DNA from: Bacilli bacterium
Lineage (GTDB): Bacteria; Bacillota_I; Bacilli_A; RF39; UBA660
Assembly: GCA_017409025.1 (NCBI GenBank)
Contig: JAFQTN010000001.1
Coordinates: 71,088-135,087, forward strand
DNA length: 64,000 nucleotides
Direction of reading: 5' to 3'
A program made the translations under genes and the position numbers. Numbering within the stretch: the first letter of the stretch is position 1; the number at the start of each line of letters is the position of its first letter. Below the pieces are notes generated by a model. That model made no database searches. It had not been told where the DNA came from and saw only the letters and a list, made by a program, of their open reading frames with translations. Shown here in pieces: positions 27,421-37,390 of the stretch.

Positions 27421-28182
27421 ATGGTCTATGTTGATCTATTGGTTATTCAAAATGTGATATATAATTACGTAATACTCTTAGGAGTAAGTATCTTGTTAAC
27501 AAGAATAACCAACCTAAAAAAAATATTTCTCTCTTCGGTCGTGGGAACAATTCCTATAATTTTTCTATTCTTAAATACAAGTAGTCAAATAAATCTTTTA
27601 ATATCATTAATGTTTTCTATTATTATGTCCATAATAGCATTCCAATATAAAGATATAATTTACACTCTAAAAAATATCTTTTATATGTATACAACAAGTA
27701 TTTTCATCGCAGGTTCAATCTACTTAATAAATACAAGTCTTCTTCCTACTATAAATAATCATTTAGTAAATGTAATAATACTAATTTTAATATCTCCAGT
27801 AATAACTTTGATTTATATAAAAAGTATAAATAAATATAAATCTAACTATTCTAATTATTATAAAGTAGACATATATTTAAAAGAATCAAAAAAACTAAAT
27901 CTAACAGCATTTTTAGACACAGGAAACAAACTAATAGATCCATATAAACAAAGACCAATCATTTTAATAAAAAAATCTCTAATAGATGTAGAAAAACAAA
28001 AAATAATTTTAGTTCCATATAATACCGTTAATAATAGTGGCCTATTAAAATGTATTGTTCCAGAAAAAATATATATTGATCATATAGGTTTTAAAAAGAA
28101 TTTTCTAATAGGTTTAATGGATGAAGTGAATATTGAAGGAGTAGACTGTATACTAAATACAAAATTATTAGAAAGGATATAA
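27421..28182 (+). CDS. spoIIGA: Sigma-E processing peptidase SpoIIGA
   Basis: Five N-terminal TM helices, FLDTGNKLIDP aspartic-protease motif, and position directly upstream of sigE. Confidence 0.85.
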   Translation: MVYVDLLVIQNVIYNYVILLGVSILLTRITNLKKIFLSSVVGTIPIIFLFLNTSSQINLLISLMFSIIMSIIAFQYKDIIYTLKNIFYMYTTSIFIAGSIYLINTSLLPTINNHLVNVIILILISPVITLIYIKSINKYKSNYSNYYKVDIYLKESKKLNLTAFLDTGNKLIDPYKQRPIILIKKSLIDVEKQKIILVPYNTVNNSGLLKCIVPEKIYIDHIGFKKNFLIGLMDEVNIEGVDCILNTKLLERI

Positions 28183-28183
28183 A

Positions 28184-28873
28184 ATGAATTTAATCAAAAA
28201 AATATTTATAAATTTAATGAAGAAGTACAGTTGTTTATTATTCGTAGGTAGTACAGATATTTTACCAGAACCATTAAGTAAAGAAGAAGAAATAAAATAT
28301 GTTGAATTATCTATGAATAATGATCAGGCAGCAAGAAATAAATTAATTGAACATAATTTAAGACTAGTAGTATTTTTAGCTAAAAAGTATGATAATACCA
28401 GTACGGATTTAGAAGATCTTGTATCAATTGGAACAATTGGTTTAATTAAAGCAGTAAATACCTATAGACTAGATAAAAATATAAAATTAGCGACATATGC
28501 ATCAAGGTGTATAGATAATGAAATACTAATGTATTTAAGAAAAACAAAAAGAAAAAGAACTGAAATAAGTTTTGAAGATAGTCTAAGTTATGATGCAGAT
28601 GGAAATGAACTTCATCTAGAAGATGTTCTAGGAACTGAATCAGACATAGTAACAAAAGGATTGGATGACGAATTAGATAAAAGCATGATGTTAGAGGAAA
28701 TTGAAAAACTAACTCCACGTGATAAAGAAATAATAGAATTAAGATATGGATTAAATGGAAAAAGAGAAATGACTCAAAAAGATGTTGCATCACTATTAGG
28801 GATAAGTCAATCATATATATCCAGAATAGAAAAGAAAGTAATAAAAAAACTAAAATCTATAATTAGAAATTAA
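28184..28873 (+). CDS. sigE: Sporulation sigma factor SigE (pro-sigma E)
   Basis: Pro-sequence + LPEPLSKEEE.., NLRLVVFLAKKY, and region 4 QKDVASLLGISQSYISRIEKK. Confidence 0.9.
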   Translation: MNLIKKIFINLMKKYSCLLFVGSTDILPEPLSKEEEIKYVELSMNNDQAARNKLIEHNLRLVVFLAKKYDNTSTDLEDLVSIGTIGLIKAVNTYRLDKNIKLATYASRCIDNEILMYLRKTKRKRTEISFEDSLSYDADGNELHLEDVLGTESDIVTKGLDDELDKSMMLEEIEKLTPRDKEIIELRYGLNGKREMTQKDVASLLGISQSYISRIEKKVIKKLKSIIRN

Positions 28874-28891
28874 CTATATATTAATGTTGAT

Positions 28892-28931
28892 AAGCATTTT
28901 TTAGATATTTTATATCTAAAAAATGCTTTTA
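28892..28931 (+). terminator. Terminator after sigE
   Basis: 17-bp stem AAGCATTTTTTAGATAT / ATATCTAAAAAATGCTT. Confidence 0.6.
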
Positions 28932-28940
28932 TATTTAATA

Positions 28941-28970
28941 AAAAAACTAGAAAATTATTTTTTCTAGTAA
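28941..28970 (-). terminator. Terminator of gpsA (minus strand)
   Basis: CTAGAAAA/TTTTCTAG stem flanked by an A-run on + (a T-run on -). It nearly duplicates the hairpin at about 14306-14332. Confidence 0.6.
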
Positions 28971-28987
28971 CATAATAAACTTAAAAT

Positions 28988-29971
28988 TTATTTTTTTAAG
29001 TAATCTTCAAGAAGTTTAGGATTTTTCCCCTTATAAACTATATCATATATTATGTTTATAATAGGCATCTTCTTCTTTTTATTATGAATTAAATCATATA
29101 TTGATTTTAAAGTATATAACCCTTCGATAGTAGTATTATTTTTATATTCATCTATAATATTTTTATCTGTTTTTTCACCAATCATCTTACCAAAAGAATA
29201 ATTTCTACTTTTAACAGAATTACAAGTAAGTAACAAGTCACCAATACCAGCATAAGTTAAAATTGTTTTTTTATTACCCCCCATATCATAAATTAATTCA
29301 ACAATATCATTTAATGCTTTTGTAATAAACATACTTTTAGTAGACTCAGGACAACCCATACCATCAATTATTCCACTAGCAATAGCTATAACATTTTTAA
29401 TAGCTCCATACATTTCGACTCCAAAAATATCAGTTGTAGGAATTAACTTTAAATAATCGTTTTGAAGGTTTTTTATCATAATTTGTATAGTAGATTTGTT
29501 TTTACTAGCCAAGGAAAGTCCTAAAGGTATTTTTTTAATCATATCAACTGCAAAAGTACCACCAGAAATAACACAAATCTTCTTTGTATGAATATGCTTT
29601 TTAATAATATTAGCGATAAATAAACAACTTCCTTGCTCAATTCCTTTACTAGCAATACAAATGTGTTGATTTTTTTTATAGTATTTTTTTATTTCCAAAA
29701 TAATGTTAGTAACATACTTAACAGGAATGGCAATAACAATAACATTAGCATTAGAAATAGCTTCTTCCAAATTTGTAGTAAACGTAATTTTATCACTGAT
29801 TTTATAATCAGGTAAAACTTTTTTATTACATCTTTCTTTATCTAATATTTCTTTCTCTTCATTAGACTTAGTCCACATCGTTATATTGCAATTATTTTCT
29901 AAAAACATAGAAGATAGAGCTATTCCATAAGCACCAGCACCCAATATAGTTATATTCATTTTATTCATCAA
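28988..29971 (-). CDS. gpsA: NAD(P)H-dependent glycerol-3-phosphate dehydrogenase
   Basis: ILGAGAYGIAL Rossmann motif and ..KNVIAIASGI.DG...G.N. Confidence 0.9.
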   Translation of the reverse strand: MMNKMNITILGAGAYGIALSSMFLENNCNITMWTKSNEEKEILDKERCNKKVLPDYKISDKITFTTNLEEAISNANVIVIAIPVKYVTNIILEIKKYYKKNQHICIASKGIEQGSCLFIANIIKKHIHTKKICVISGGTFAVDMIKKIPLGLSLASKNKSTIQIMIKNLQNDYLKLIPTTDIFGVEMYGAIKNVIAIASGIIDGMGCPESTKSMFITKALNDIVELIYDMGGNKKTILTYAGIGDLLLTCNSVKSRNYSFGKMIGEKTDKNIIDEYKNNTTIEGLYTLKSIYDLIHNKKKKMPIINIIYDIVYKGKNPKLLEDYLKK

Positions 29972-30305
29972 TCCTTATCTTAGTATTTTTTTCTATATCA
30001 AAAAAATTTACTGGTAATTCTATAGTCTTATTTACATTCTTTTTAGGTAAAATAATTCTATTTTTAGCTAAATCATTATAATAATATAAAATAACATTAT
30101 TTTTGTCACACATAATTACATCAATATTCTTTTTCATAAAAAAAGTATGAATACTATTACAATTATTAAATAAAAGAGCATAATCAATCTTTTTTTTTAA
30201 CATAAAACCTCTAAACCTTGAAAAAAAAGTTTTACACTCAACTATACGAATTTTTTTATCATTATAAATAAGTTTCATATCATCACCATATAGTAATTGT
30301 ATCAA
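29961..30305 (-). CDS. DUF192-family protein
   Basis: ..FFSRFRGFMLKK..NCNSIHTFFMKKNIDVI pattern. Confidence 0.45.
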   Translation of the reverse strand: MIQLLYGDDMKLIYNDKKIRIVECKTFFSRFRGFMLKKKIDYALLFNNCNSIHTFFMKKNIDVIMCDKNNVILYYYNDLAKNRIILPKKNVNKTIELPVNFFDIEKNTKIRIDE

Positions 30306-30378
30306 AAAAAAATATATATTTCAACTCAACAACTAGTAAATTGTTTTTTTCTATGTTATACTAAAAATAGGTGATAAA

Positions 30379-32091
30379 ATGGCACGAAAACAAAAGAAAA
30401 AGAATAAAAAAATAAACTATAAGAAAGTCTTTTTAGCCGTAATAACTCTAGTATTAATAATCTTGTTAATTTGTTCAACACTAAAATTTGTAGAAAATAA
30501 AATAGGATTTAAAGATTTTTATATTTCCTCTGATACTAATGAAGTTGTTCTTTATACATATGATAAAGAAAATGAATTAATGACAGATATTGATATTATA
30601 TATAGAGGTCAAAAAATAAAATCTAATGAACAAACAACCTCTATAGGCGATATAACATATATAGAAATAATGTTAAATGATGAAGAAAAATACTATGTAA
30701 AAGAGGGAACTCTTGTAACATCAGAAGAAGATATTGTTAAAGAAACTACAATGTATGTAAGAACATCAGTTACAGTTTATAAAAACGAAATAGATTCTAA
30801 AATAGCATCATTTATTAAAAAAGGAAACAAATTAGAAGTATTAGATTATGATTACGTAGATGAAGAGGGAAACGTCAATATGTATCAAGTAAAAAATGCT
30901 GACATAGAAGGTTGGGTATATTCTAAATATTTAGTATCAACAGAAGAAGAGGCAAAAGCCAATTATAATGAAAATGGTGTATATGATATTCATAAAGACA
31001 GAAAATATAGTAGAGAATTATATGGAGGAAAAGCATCTACCTTAGATTATTATCCCGTAGAAAAAGTAGAGTTTAAAGATAACCTTCTTCTAAAAAATGC
31101 TAAATCGATGTACTTAAATGGTAGTTCAAATGTCATTTCTAAAGTTGATGATTATATAAAAATAGCTACAACTTCAGGTGCTAATGCTATTGTCGTGGAT
31201 ATAAAAGATGGAGCATTAGCATATCCATCAGAAATTGCTAAAGAGTATTCGATGACCGCATATAACAGTGCTATGAATAAATTAGAAACATATAAATCAG
31301 CCATTCAAAAAATTAAAGATGCAGGAATTTATGTAATTGGAAGAATTGTAGCATTTAATGACTCCCACTATGGAAAAGATCATCCAGAAGATTGTATAAA
31401 ATCATCAGCATCATATAGATTATGGCCATCAGCTTTCAGTAGAAATGCTTGGGAATACAATGTGGAACTTGCAAAAGAGGCTGTTGAGGTAATGGGATTT
31501 AATGAAATTCAATTTGATTACGTTAGATTTCCGGAAGATGCCTATAACATGTCAAAAAGTTCTAGCACAGATTTCAAAAATAAATATAACGAAGAAAAGG
31601 CTGAAGCAGTTCAAAATTTTTTAATATATGCAACAGATGAAATTCATAAAAAAAATGCCTATGTATCAGTAGATGTATTTGGAGAATGTTCTAGCACATA
31701 CGTAACTTCTTATGGGCAATATTGGCCAGCTATTTCAAATGTTGTAGATGTTATAAGTTCAATGCCATATACAGACCATTTTACAAACTACGGAGACAAC
31801 AGTAAAAGTGAGTACTGGACAAATCCATATAAAACAGTAAATAACTGGGCAAAAGGAGCTGCTGAAAGACAAAAAGAAATTCCCACTCCAGCTATACCTA
31901 GGACTTGGATTACTGCATATGATACACCGTATTGGAATCCAAATGTAATTTATGATGCAAACAAAATAAGTGACCAAGCTAGGGCATTGGTAGATGCAGG
32001 GTTAACTGGTGGTTTTATAACATGGCATTCAGCGTCAAATTTGAATAAATATAATCAAATTAAATCAGCATTTGGAAAAGAATATACATAA
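30379..32091 (+). CDS. Membrane-anchored putative glycoside hydrolase (DUF4015/GHL-type TIM barrel) with SH3-like domain
   Basis: TM helix, ..IEGWVYSKYL, and FNEIQFDYVRFPED motif. Confidence 0.55.
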   Translation: MARKQKKKNKKINYKKVFLAVITLVLIILLICSTLKFVENKIGFKDFYISSDTNEVVLYTYDKENELMTDIDIIYRGQKIKSNEQTTSIGDITYIEIMLNDEEKYYVKEGTLVTSEEDIVKETTMYVRTSVTVYKNEIDSKIASFIKKGNKLEVLDYDYVDEEGNVNMYQVKNADIEGWVYSKYLVSTEEEAKANYNENGVYDIHKDRKYSRELYGGKASTLDYYPVEKVEFKDNLLLKNAKSMYLNGSSNVISKVDDYIKIATTSGANAIVVDIKDGALAYPSEIAKEYSMTAYNSAMNKLETYKSAIQKIKDAGIYVIGRIVAFNDSHYGKDHPEDCIKSSASYRLWPSAFSRNAWEYNVELAKEAVEVMGFNEIQFDYVRFPEDAYNMSKSSSTDFKNKYNEEKAEAVQNFLIYATDEIHKKNAYVSVDVFGECSSTYVTSYGQYWPAISNVVDVISSMPYTDHFTNYGDNSKSEYWTNPYKTVNNWAKGAAERQKEIPTPAIPRTWITAYDTPYWNPNVIYDANKISDQARALVDAGLTGGFITWHSASNLNKYNQIKSAFGKEYT

Positions 32092-32101
32092 AGGAGAAAA
32101 A

Positions 32102-32374
32102 ATGGATATAGAAGTAAATAATAAAAAATATGAATTAATAAAAAATTATAAAGACGCATTTGATAAAGAAGAATTTTTAATAAAATGCACAGATTATTTT
32201 TATGATTACGACTACATAGTCGGAGATATTGCTTATGGTAAATTAAGATTAAAAGGATTTTATGATGAAAAATCAAAAAAAGTTAATAAAATAAATAATT
32301 TTAAAAATATAGATAATTATTTGAAGAAAAACTGTGCAGTAGATTGTAAATATTATATTGTAAAAAAATGTTAA
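32102..32374 (+). CDS. YutD-like protein (DUF1027)
   Basis: YDYIVGDIAYGKLRLKGFYD and C-terminal NCAVDCKYYIVKK resemble B. subtilis YutD. Confidence 0.55.
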   Translation: MDIEVNNKKYELIKNYKDAFDKEEFLIKCTDYFYDYDYIVGDIAYGKLRLKGFYDEKSKKVNKINNFKNIDNYLKKNCAVDCKYYIVKKC

Positions 32375-32507
32375 ATATCTTCTTAATAATATAAAAAGTC
32401 AAATAAAAAGCAAATGTTGTAAATAAAAACAAAAAAAATAATAATTTTTCTTGAAAAAAAATAATAAATATGATAACATTACATTATACAGATAGGAGGA
32501 GTAAACC

Positions 32508-33113
32508 TTGGACAAGAAAAAATTAATAGGAACAATTATAGGAGTAACTTTATTTGTGGTGCTAGTAGCAGGTGCGACATTCGCGTGGTTAACATTTAGT
32601 GCAACAATAACAAATGGAAATTATGTTTATCAAACAAAAAATTTCGTAATTAACTATGAAAGAGGAGATCAAAGTTTAGGAGGAAATCTTCCAAGTTTGA
32701 CAACCGCTACAGCAGCTACTGCCACAGAAACAGTAGTATCAGCTTTTAGAGATGCAGGAACACCAAATGGTATATTATATCTAAAAGTAACTAGTAGCGA
32801 TAGCAACATAACTAAAGGTGGGGCTGTTAGATACGCAGTATGTAGTGGAACAGAAAGCGAATCAGATTGTACAGGTAATTTATTATCCGGAGAAACAGGA
32901 GTATTATCTACTGGTTCAATAACAAATGTAGGAGAAACAATAATGTATCAAACTGCAGATCCAGATTTAAATGAAGCTGGAGAAGGTGTTGGTATTCCAA
33001 CAGTAAAAACATATTATTGGATATATTTTTGGATGAACCCTTCAAATTTAACAAATGCAATGATTTCTGAAACATACGAAGGTTATGTACATGCATCAGC
33101 AGAACAAAGATAG
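32508..33113 (+). CDS. SipW-type signal peptide protein, TasA/camelysin-like (paralog 1)
   Basis: N-terminus MDKKKLIGTIIGVTLFVVLVAGATFAWLTF. C-terminus TYYWIYFWMNPSNLTNAMISETYEGYVHASAEQ (compare TasA ..NKYQGNSIKLQFSFEATQ). TTG start after AGGAGGAG. Confidence 0.55.
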   Translation: MDKKKLIGTIIGVTLFVVLVAGATFAWLTFSATITNGNYVYQTKNFVINYERGDQSLGGNLPSLTTATAATATETVVSAFRDAGTPNGILYLKVTSSDSNITKGGAVRYAVCSGTESESDCTGNLLSGETGVLSTGSITNVGETIMYQTADPDLNEAGEGVGIPTVKTYYWIYFWMNPSNLTNAMISETYEGYVHASAEQR

Positions 33114-33372
33114 TATTAAATAAATCTTAATAATATCAAAAAAGTAAATTATTATTTAAGAATTTAGAAAGAGTAATTTACTACAAAAATTAATAAATTT
33201 TAAAATATCTTAAAGATAATAATTTCAAATTTTTCTTAACAATAATAAGTTAATGAATTGATAAAAAGTTAAGGCAACACAGTTTGAATATTATATATAA
33301 GAATTTTAAAATTTTTTTATTAACATAAAATATAATGTAAAAATAATTAAAAAGAAAGAAATGATATATACT

Positions 33373-34107
33373 ATGAAAAAACAAAAAAAAGTAACAATAG
33401 CTAATGTTTTTCTTATTGTAGCAATATTTCTAATAATAGGTGGCGGAACATTTGCGTTTTGGACATGGGTAAACCCAGAAGAAGAAAAGACGAATATAAT
33501 ATTTAAAACACCAGGCATAGAAGAAATGAAAAGTAAATTGTATGCTAATTTAGAGGGCTCTGGGAATATGGAAGTTACAGATTTGAAACCATCATTATGT
33601 AACGGGGATAATGCCATAAAAAAAACAATAGTAATTAATTACTTAAATCAAACAAAACAAACTGCAACAGTATCTGCAACGTTAGAAGTACCAAGTGAGT
33701 TATTTATTTTACCAGTAAAAGAAATAACTGAAAACAACGAATTGACAGAACAAATATTGATTCCAACGCAAGAAAATTTACAAGAATTAAAATTTGCATT
33801 AACAACAGAGTCTACTTCATGTGATGATGGCATCGTTACAGATATTGATGGCAACGAAATTAAAGGAAATTTCTCGCAGTTAGTATTTGATACTCAGACA
33901 AAAAAAAATGAACAACTTACATTGTTTACTCATAATTTTACAGCACCATCTAATATGTCGGTAGAAGATACAAAGATATATTATTTATGGATATGGTTAG
34001 ATTTAGACTATACTCACACAAATATAGGAAATAGAAACGACGATCCAATGCAAGGAATAAGATTTATAACCCAATGGTCAGGAGAAATAGCACAAAATAA
34101 TACATAA
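33373..34107 (+). CDS. SipW-type signal peptide protein, TasA/camelysin-like (paralog 2)
   Basis: N-terminus MKKQKKVTIANVFLIVAIFLIIGGGTFAFWTW (TasA has GGGTWAAF). C-terminus IYYLWIWLDLDYTHTNIGNRNDDPMQGIRFITQWSGEIAQ. An alternative ATG lies at 33361. Confidence 0.6.
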   Translation: MKKQKKVTIANVFLIVAIFLIIGGGTFAFWTWVNPEEEKTNIIFKTPGIEEMKSKLYANLEGSGNMEVTDLKPSLCNGDNAIKKTIVINYLNQTKQTATVSATLEVPSELFILPVKEITENNELTEQILIPTQENLQELKFALTTESTSCDDGIVTDIDGNEIKGNFSQLVFDTQTKKNEQLTLFTHNFTAPSNMSVEDTKIYYLWIWLDLDYTHTNIGNRNDDPMQGIRFITQWSGEIAQNNT

Positions 34108-34159
34108 TAAAAAGAGTTATAATGAAGTTATCTATATGATTTCTTCAAATTAACTCTTT

Positions 34160-34573
34160 TTATATAAAAAAGTTTGGATAATTAGTATTTGATATATCAT
34201 TATTTTTTTCTGTTTCTTGATTATTAAATGTAGCATTTTCAGTATGGTCATATTTATTGCTACTTGCTATTAAATTATTATTTTTCCTATTAGCAGAATT
34301 ACTAGTAGTCTCACTACCAAAAACTTTTGCAATTTTTAACATGCTTTTCATATTGTTAATCATAGGTCCTGCTTGCCTAACAAGCGGAATAGTTTGATTT
34401 ACTACATTTAGTGTTTTATTAGCACCATTTAACAAACCACTCCAATTAAAAGTTCGTAATGCATTACTAATTTTGCCAAACAAACCAAAATTTCTAGTAG
34501 GTAAGTAACTAGCTCTTATCATAGGTGTCATATTACTAACCATTCTAGGTACAAAAAATATTCCTGGATTCAT
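34160..34573 (-). CDS. VrrA/YqfQ-family protein
   Basis: GLLNGANKTLNVVNQTIPLVRQAGPMINNMKSMLKIAKVF parallels YqfQ ..TQKVLNTAQQIGPMVQQYGPLVRN.PAMWKLY. ATG 34573 follows GGAAGGGA. Confidence 0.5.
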   Translation of the reverse strand: MNPGIFFVPRMVSNMTPMIRASYLPTRNFGLFGKISNALRTFNWSGLLNGANKTLNVVNQTIPLVRQAGPMINNMKSMLKIAKVFGSETTSNSANRKNNNLIASSNKYDHTENATFNNQETEKNNDISNTNYPNFFI

Positions 34574-34681
34574 AAAATATCCCTTCCTAAAATAATATAT
34601 GTAAATAATCAAAAAAAGTTTAAAAAAAAAAACATTTATGATACAATTATATTAGTAAAATAAAAAGGTGGCGATTAAATA

Positions 34682-36019
34682 ATGAATAATAATCAAAATA
34701 TAAATAATTTTAATCAATCTAATAATAATCAAATGATAAATAATCAGCCAGTAAAAAAGACTGTTAAAACAAATGATGAAAATCAGAATGAAAAACCTAA
34801 ATTAAAAAGATTTAAATACAAAGTTAAAGATCAATCAGGTCAAATAATAGAGAGTTATTTTGATGCTGAAACTCAATTAGATGTTCAATCATTCTTACTA
34901 AATAAAGGATATGAAGTAATGTCAATTACAGAAGACAAATTATCCACAAGTTTAGGTTTAACTTTAATGTCAACATCAAAAAAGATGTCATCTAAAGATT
35001 TAAACTTCTTTTTAACACAATTATCTACATATATAAAATCAGGTATTCCTTTAGTAGAGTCTATGGAAATATTAAGTAGACAAGCAAAAAGTAAATCGCT
35101 TCAAATGTTATATAGAAAAATAGTATTTGAATTAAATAAAGGAACCACTTTTAGCATTTGTCTTGAAAAACAAGGAAAGGTTTTTCCTAAAATGCTAATA
35201 AATATGTTGAAAACATCAGAAATGACCGGTGATTTAACAGGAGTTTTAGACGACATGGCAGCATACTATAAAAGACAAGATAGTAATAGAAAAGAAATTA
35301 TAAATGCCATGACATATCCATCGGTATTATTGATATTTGCAGTAGCAGTTTTAACATTCATTATAACATATGTGGTACCATCATTTACTGATATGTATGA
35401 TTCTGCTGGAGCCTCACTTCCTAAAATTACCCAAGTTATTATGAATATCAGTGATTTTGTTATTCAAAACTGGTACTACATACTATTAGTGATAATAGTT
35501 ATTGCGGTAATTCTAAGTTTATTATACAAAGGATTAAAATCAGCTAAATACATGATGCAATCTTTTGTAATGCATATTCCAGTAGTAAGCGACATTATAA
35601 AATATAATCAATTAGTAACCTTTACTAGTACATTTTCAACATTAATAAAACATGATGTATTTATAACTGATAGTATGGATATTTTAAGCAGAATAACTGA
35701 AAATGAAATCTATAAAAAAATAATAGATGATTCTATAAAGAATTTAAGTAAAGGAAACGGAGTATCCGTAGCATTTAAAGGTCATTGGGCATTTCCTGCT
35801 ACGGCATATGAAATGTTAGTAACTGGAGAAAAAACAGGAAGACTTGGAGAAATGATGGAACATGTTGCGGCGTACTACCAAGAGGAACAAAGTAACTTAG
35901 TTTCTAGAATGAAAAGTTTAATAGAACCAATCATGATTGTTATGTTAGCAGTTATAGCTGGTGTCATTTTATTGGCAGTAGTAGTTCCTATGTTTGATAT
36001 TTATAGTACAATAATATAA
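34682..36019 (+). CDS. Type II secretion / type IV pilus platform protein (PilC/GspF/ComGB family)
   Basis: Two T2SSF repeats (LSTYIKSGIPLVESMEIL.. and FSTLIKHDVFITDSMDIL..) with 3 TM helices. There is an Asn/Gln-rich N-terminal extension. Confidence 0.85.
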   Translation: MNNNQNINNFNQSNNNQMINNQPVKKTVKTNDENQNEKPKLKRFKYKVKDQSGQIIESYFDAETQLDVQSFLLNKGYEVMSITEDKLSTSLGLTLMSTSKKMSSKDLNFFLTQLSTYIKSGIPLVESMEILSRQAKSKSLQMLYRKIVFELNKGTTFSICLEKQGKVFPKMLINMLKTSEMTGDLTGVLDDMAAYYKRQDSNRKEIINAMTYPSVLLIFAVAVLTFIITYVVPSFTDMYDSAGASLPKITQVIMNISDFVIQNWYYILLVIIVIAVILSLLYKGLKSAKYMMQSFVMHIPVVSDIIKYNQLVTFTSTFSTLIKHDVFITDSMDILSRITENEIYKKIIDDSIKNLSKGNGVSVAFKGHWAFPATAYEMLVTGEKTGRLGEMMEHVAAYYQEEQSNLVSRMKSLIEPIMIVMLAVIAGVILLAVVVPMFDIYSTII

Positions 36020-36030
36020 AGGAGTTAACT

Positions 36031-36795
36031 ATGGAGAAGTTATATTTAATTATATTTTTTATTTTTGGAAGTATAATGGGTTCTTTTTACCATGTCATAG
36101 CCACTAGATTATCTAATGGGTTATCAATAGTTAAACCCGCTTCTCATTGTGAAAAATGTAAACATCAATTAAAATGGTATGAATTAATACCGATAATATC
36201 ATATCTAATGCAATTTGGAAAATGTAGAAAGTGTAAAACAAAATTACCATTAAGTTATTTTTTGATAGAATTATGCACAGGAATTTTATTTGCAGTTTGT
36301 TATCATGTATTTGATACCCCACTAGAAATTGCAATATCTATAATATTTGTATCAAGTTTAGTAATCATAATAATAAGTGATATAGAGTATATGATAATTT
36401 TAGATGAAGTATTAATTGTGGCTATATTATCGATAATAGTTTTGGACATTATAGATATAGGTCTATATCAAACATCAATTAAAATATTGTATGGAGCAGG
36501 CTCATTTATTACCATGTTATTAATAAAAAAATTAGGTGATATAATATTTAAACAGGAATCTTTAGGTGGTGGGGACATTAAGTTAATGTTTCTAATTGGA
36601 TTAGTCATTGGATATGAAATGGCAATTTGCAATATTTTCTTTGCTACATTCATTGCATTTCCAATAGCATTATTTCTATTAATATCAAAGAAAGATAACA
36701 TAATTCCCTTCGGACCATTCTTAAGTATGTCTGCAATAATTTTATACATATGGGGTATTAATTTTACAGATATAATAAACTTTATAATATCATAA
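36031..36795 (+). CDS. Prepilin peptidase (A24 family; PilD/ComC-like)
   Basis: N-terminal CEKC..CRKC zinc motif and GGGDIKLM catalytic-Asp box; polytopic. Confidence 0.85.
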   Translation: MEKLYLIIFFIFGSIMGSFYHVIATRLSNGLSIVKPASHCEKCKHQLKWYELIPIISYLMQFGKCRKCKTKLPLSYFLIELCTGILFAVCYHVFDTPLEIAISIIFVSSLVIIIISDIEYMIILDEVLIVAILSIIVLDIIDIGLYQTSIKILYGAGSFITMLLIKKLGDIIFKQESLGGGDIKLMFLIGLVIGYEMAICNIFFATFIAFPIALFLLISKKDNIIPFGPFLSMSAIILYIWGINFTDIINFIIS

Positions 36796-36821
36796 TAGTT
36801 CAAATTTTGAACTATTTTTTC
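36796..36821 (+). terminator. Terminator after the pilC-pilD pair
   Basis: TAGTTCAAA / TTTGAACTA stem followed by T6. Confidence 0.7.
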
Positions 36822-36900
36822 TATGTAAAAAACAATTTAAAAACTTGATTAGCACGTATAATTATGTTATTATTGATATAGAATAAGAAAGAGGATCAAT

Positions 36901-37377
36901 ATGAGTAAGAATAAAATAATAATAGTCTTATTAATAATGTTATCAATTGGTATTGTTTCATTGTATACAACATTTGGTTATGAAGAAGTAAATACAGTTA
37001 AAGAACAATCTAATTCTGATTATAAATTAATATATTCTCTAAAAGAAGAATTTAATAAAGAAATTGTACTAAATGCCAATGAGGAAAAATTTATTGATAT
37101 AACACTTAAAAATACGTATGAAAATACAATAAAATATGGTATGTACTATTATTTAATAAATCCTACTAGTCTGCCAGATAATGTAGAAATAACATTAGCG
37201 GAAGGCTCTGAAAACTCATTAGAAGATGTAATAAAACCACAAGAAACAAAAACAGTATCAATAAGAATTACAAATAATTCTGAATATACTATCAACCTAA
37301 TTGTTGGTGCACTAATTGGTTATGAACGCGGTAATGTAGAAGAGTTAATAACAGATGGAGAAGTTTTAATAAAATAA
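36901..37377 (+). CDS. Small secreted/anchored protein, probable TasA-like family member (paralog 3, divergent)
   Basis: N-terminus MSKNKIIIVLLIMLSIGIVSLYTTFGYEE. Beta-rich body ..FIDITLKNTYENTIKY..TKTVSIRITNNSEYTINLIVGA. It ends 13 nt before gap. Confidence 0.4.
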   Translation: MSKNKIIIVLLIMLSIGIVSLYTTFGYEEVNTVKEQSNSDYKLIYSLKEEFNKEIVLNANEEKFIDITLKNTYENTIKYGMYYYLINPTSLPDNVEITLAEGSENSLEDVIKPQETKTVSIRITNNSEYTINLIVGALIGYERGNVEELITDGEVLIK

Positions 37378-37390
37378 GAAGGAGAATAAA

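Noticed and set aside
33263-33290. Fifth com-box-like sequence (AAAAAGTTAAG-N..-TTTGAATATT) upstream of TasA-like paralog 2.
   Set aside because: The spacer is 2 nt shorter, the core is TGAATA rather than CGAATA, and the tail is not conserved. It cannot be distinguished from chance in AT-rich DNA.
34660-34681. GGTGGCGATTA upstream of pilC resembles the island GTGGCGGATTA box.
   Set aside because: It is a single half-site overlapping the Shine-Dalgarno (AAGGTGG), so the resemblance is most simply coincidental.
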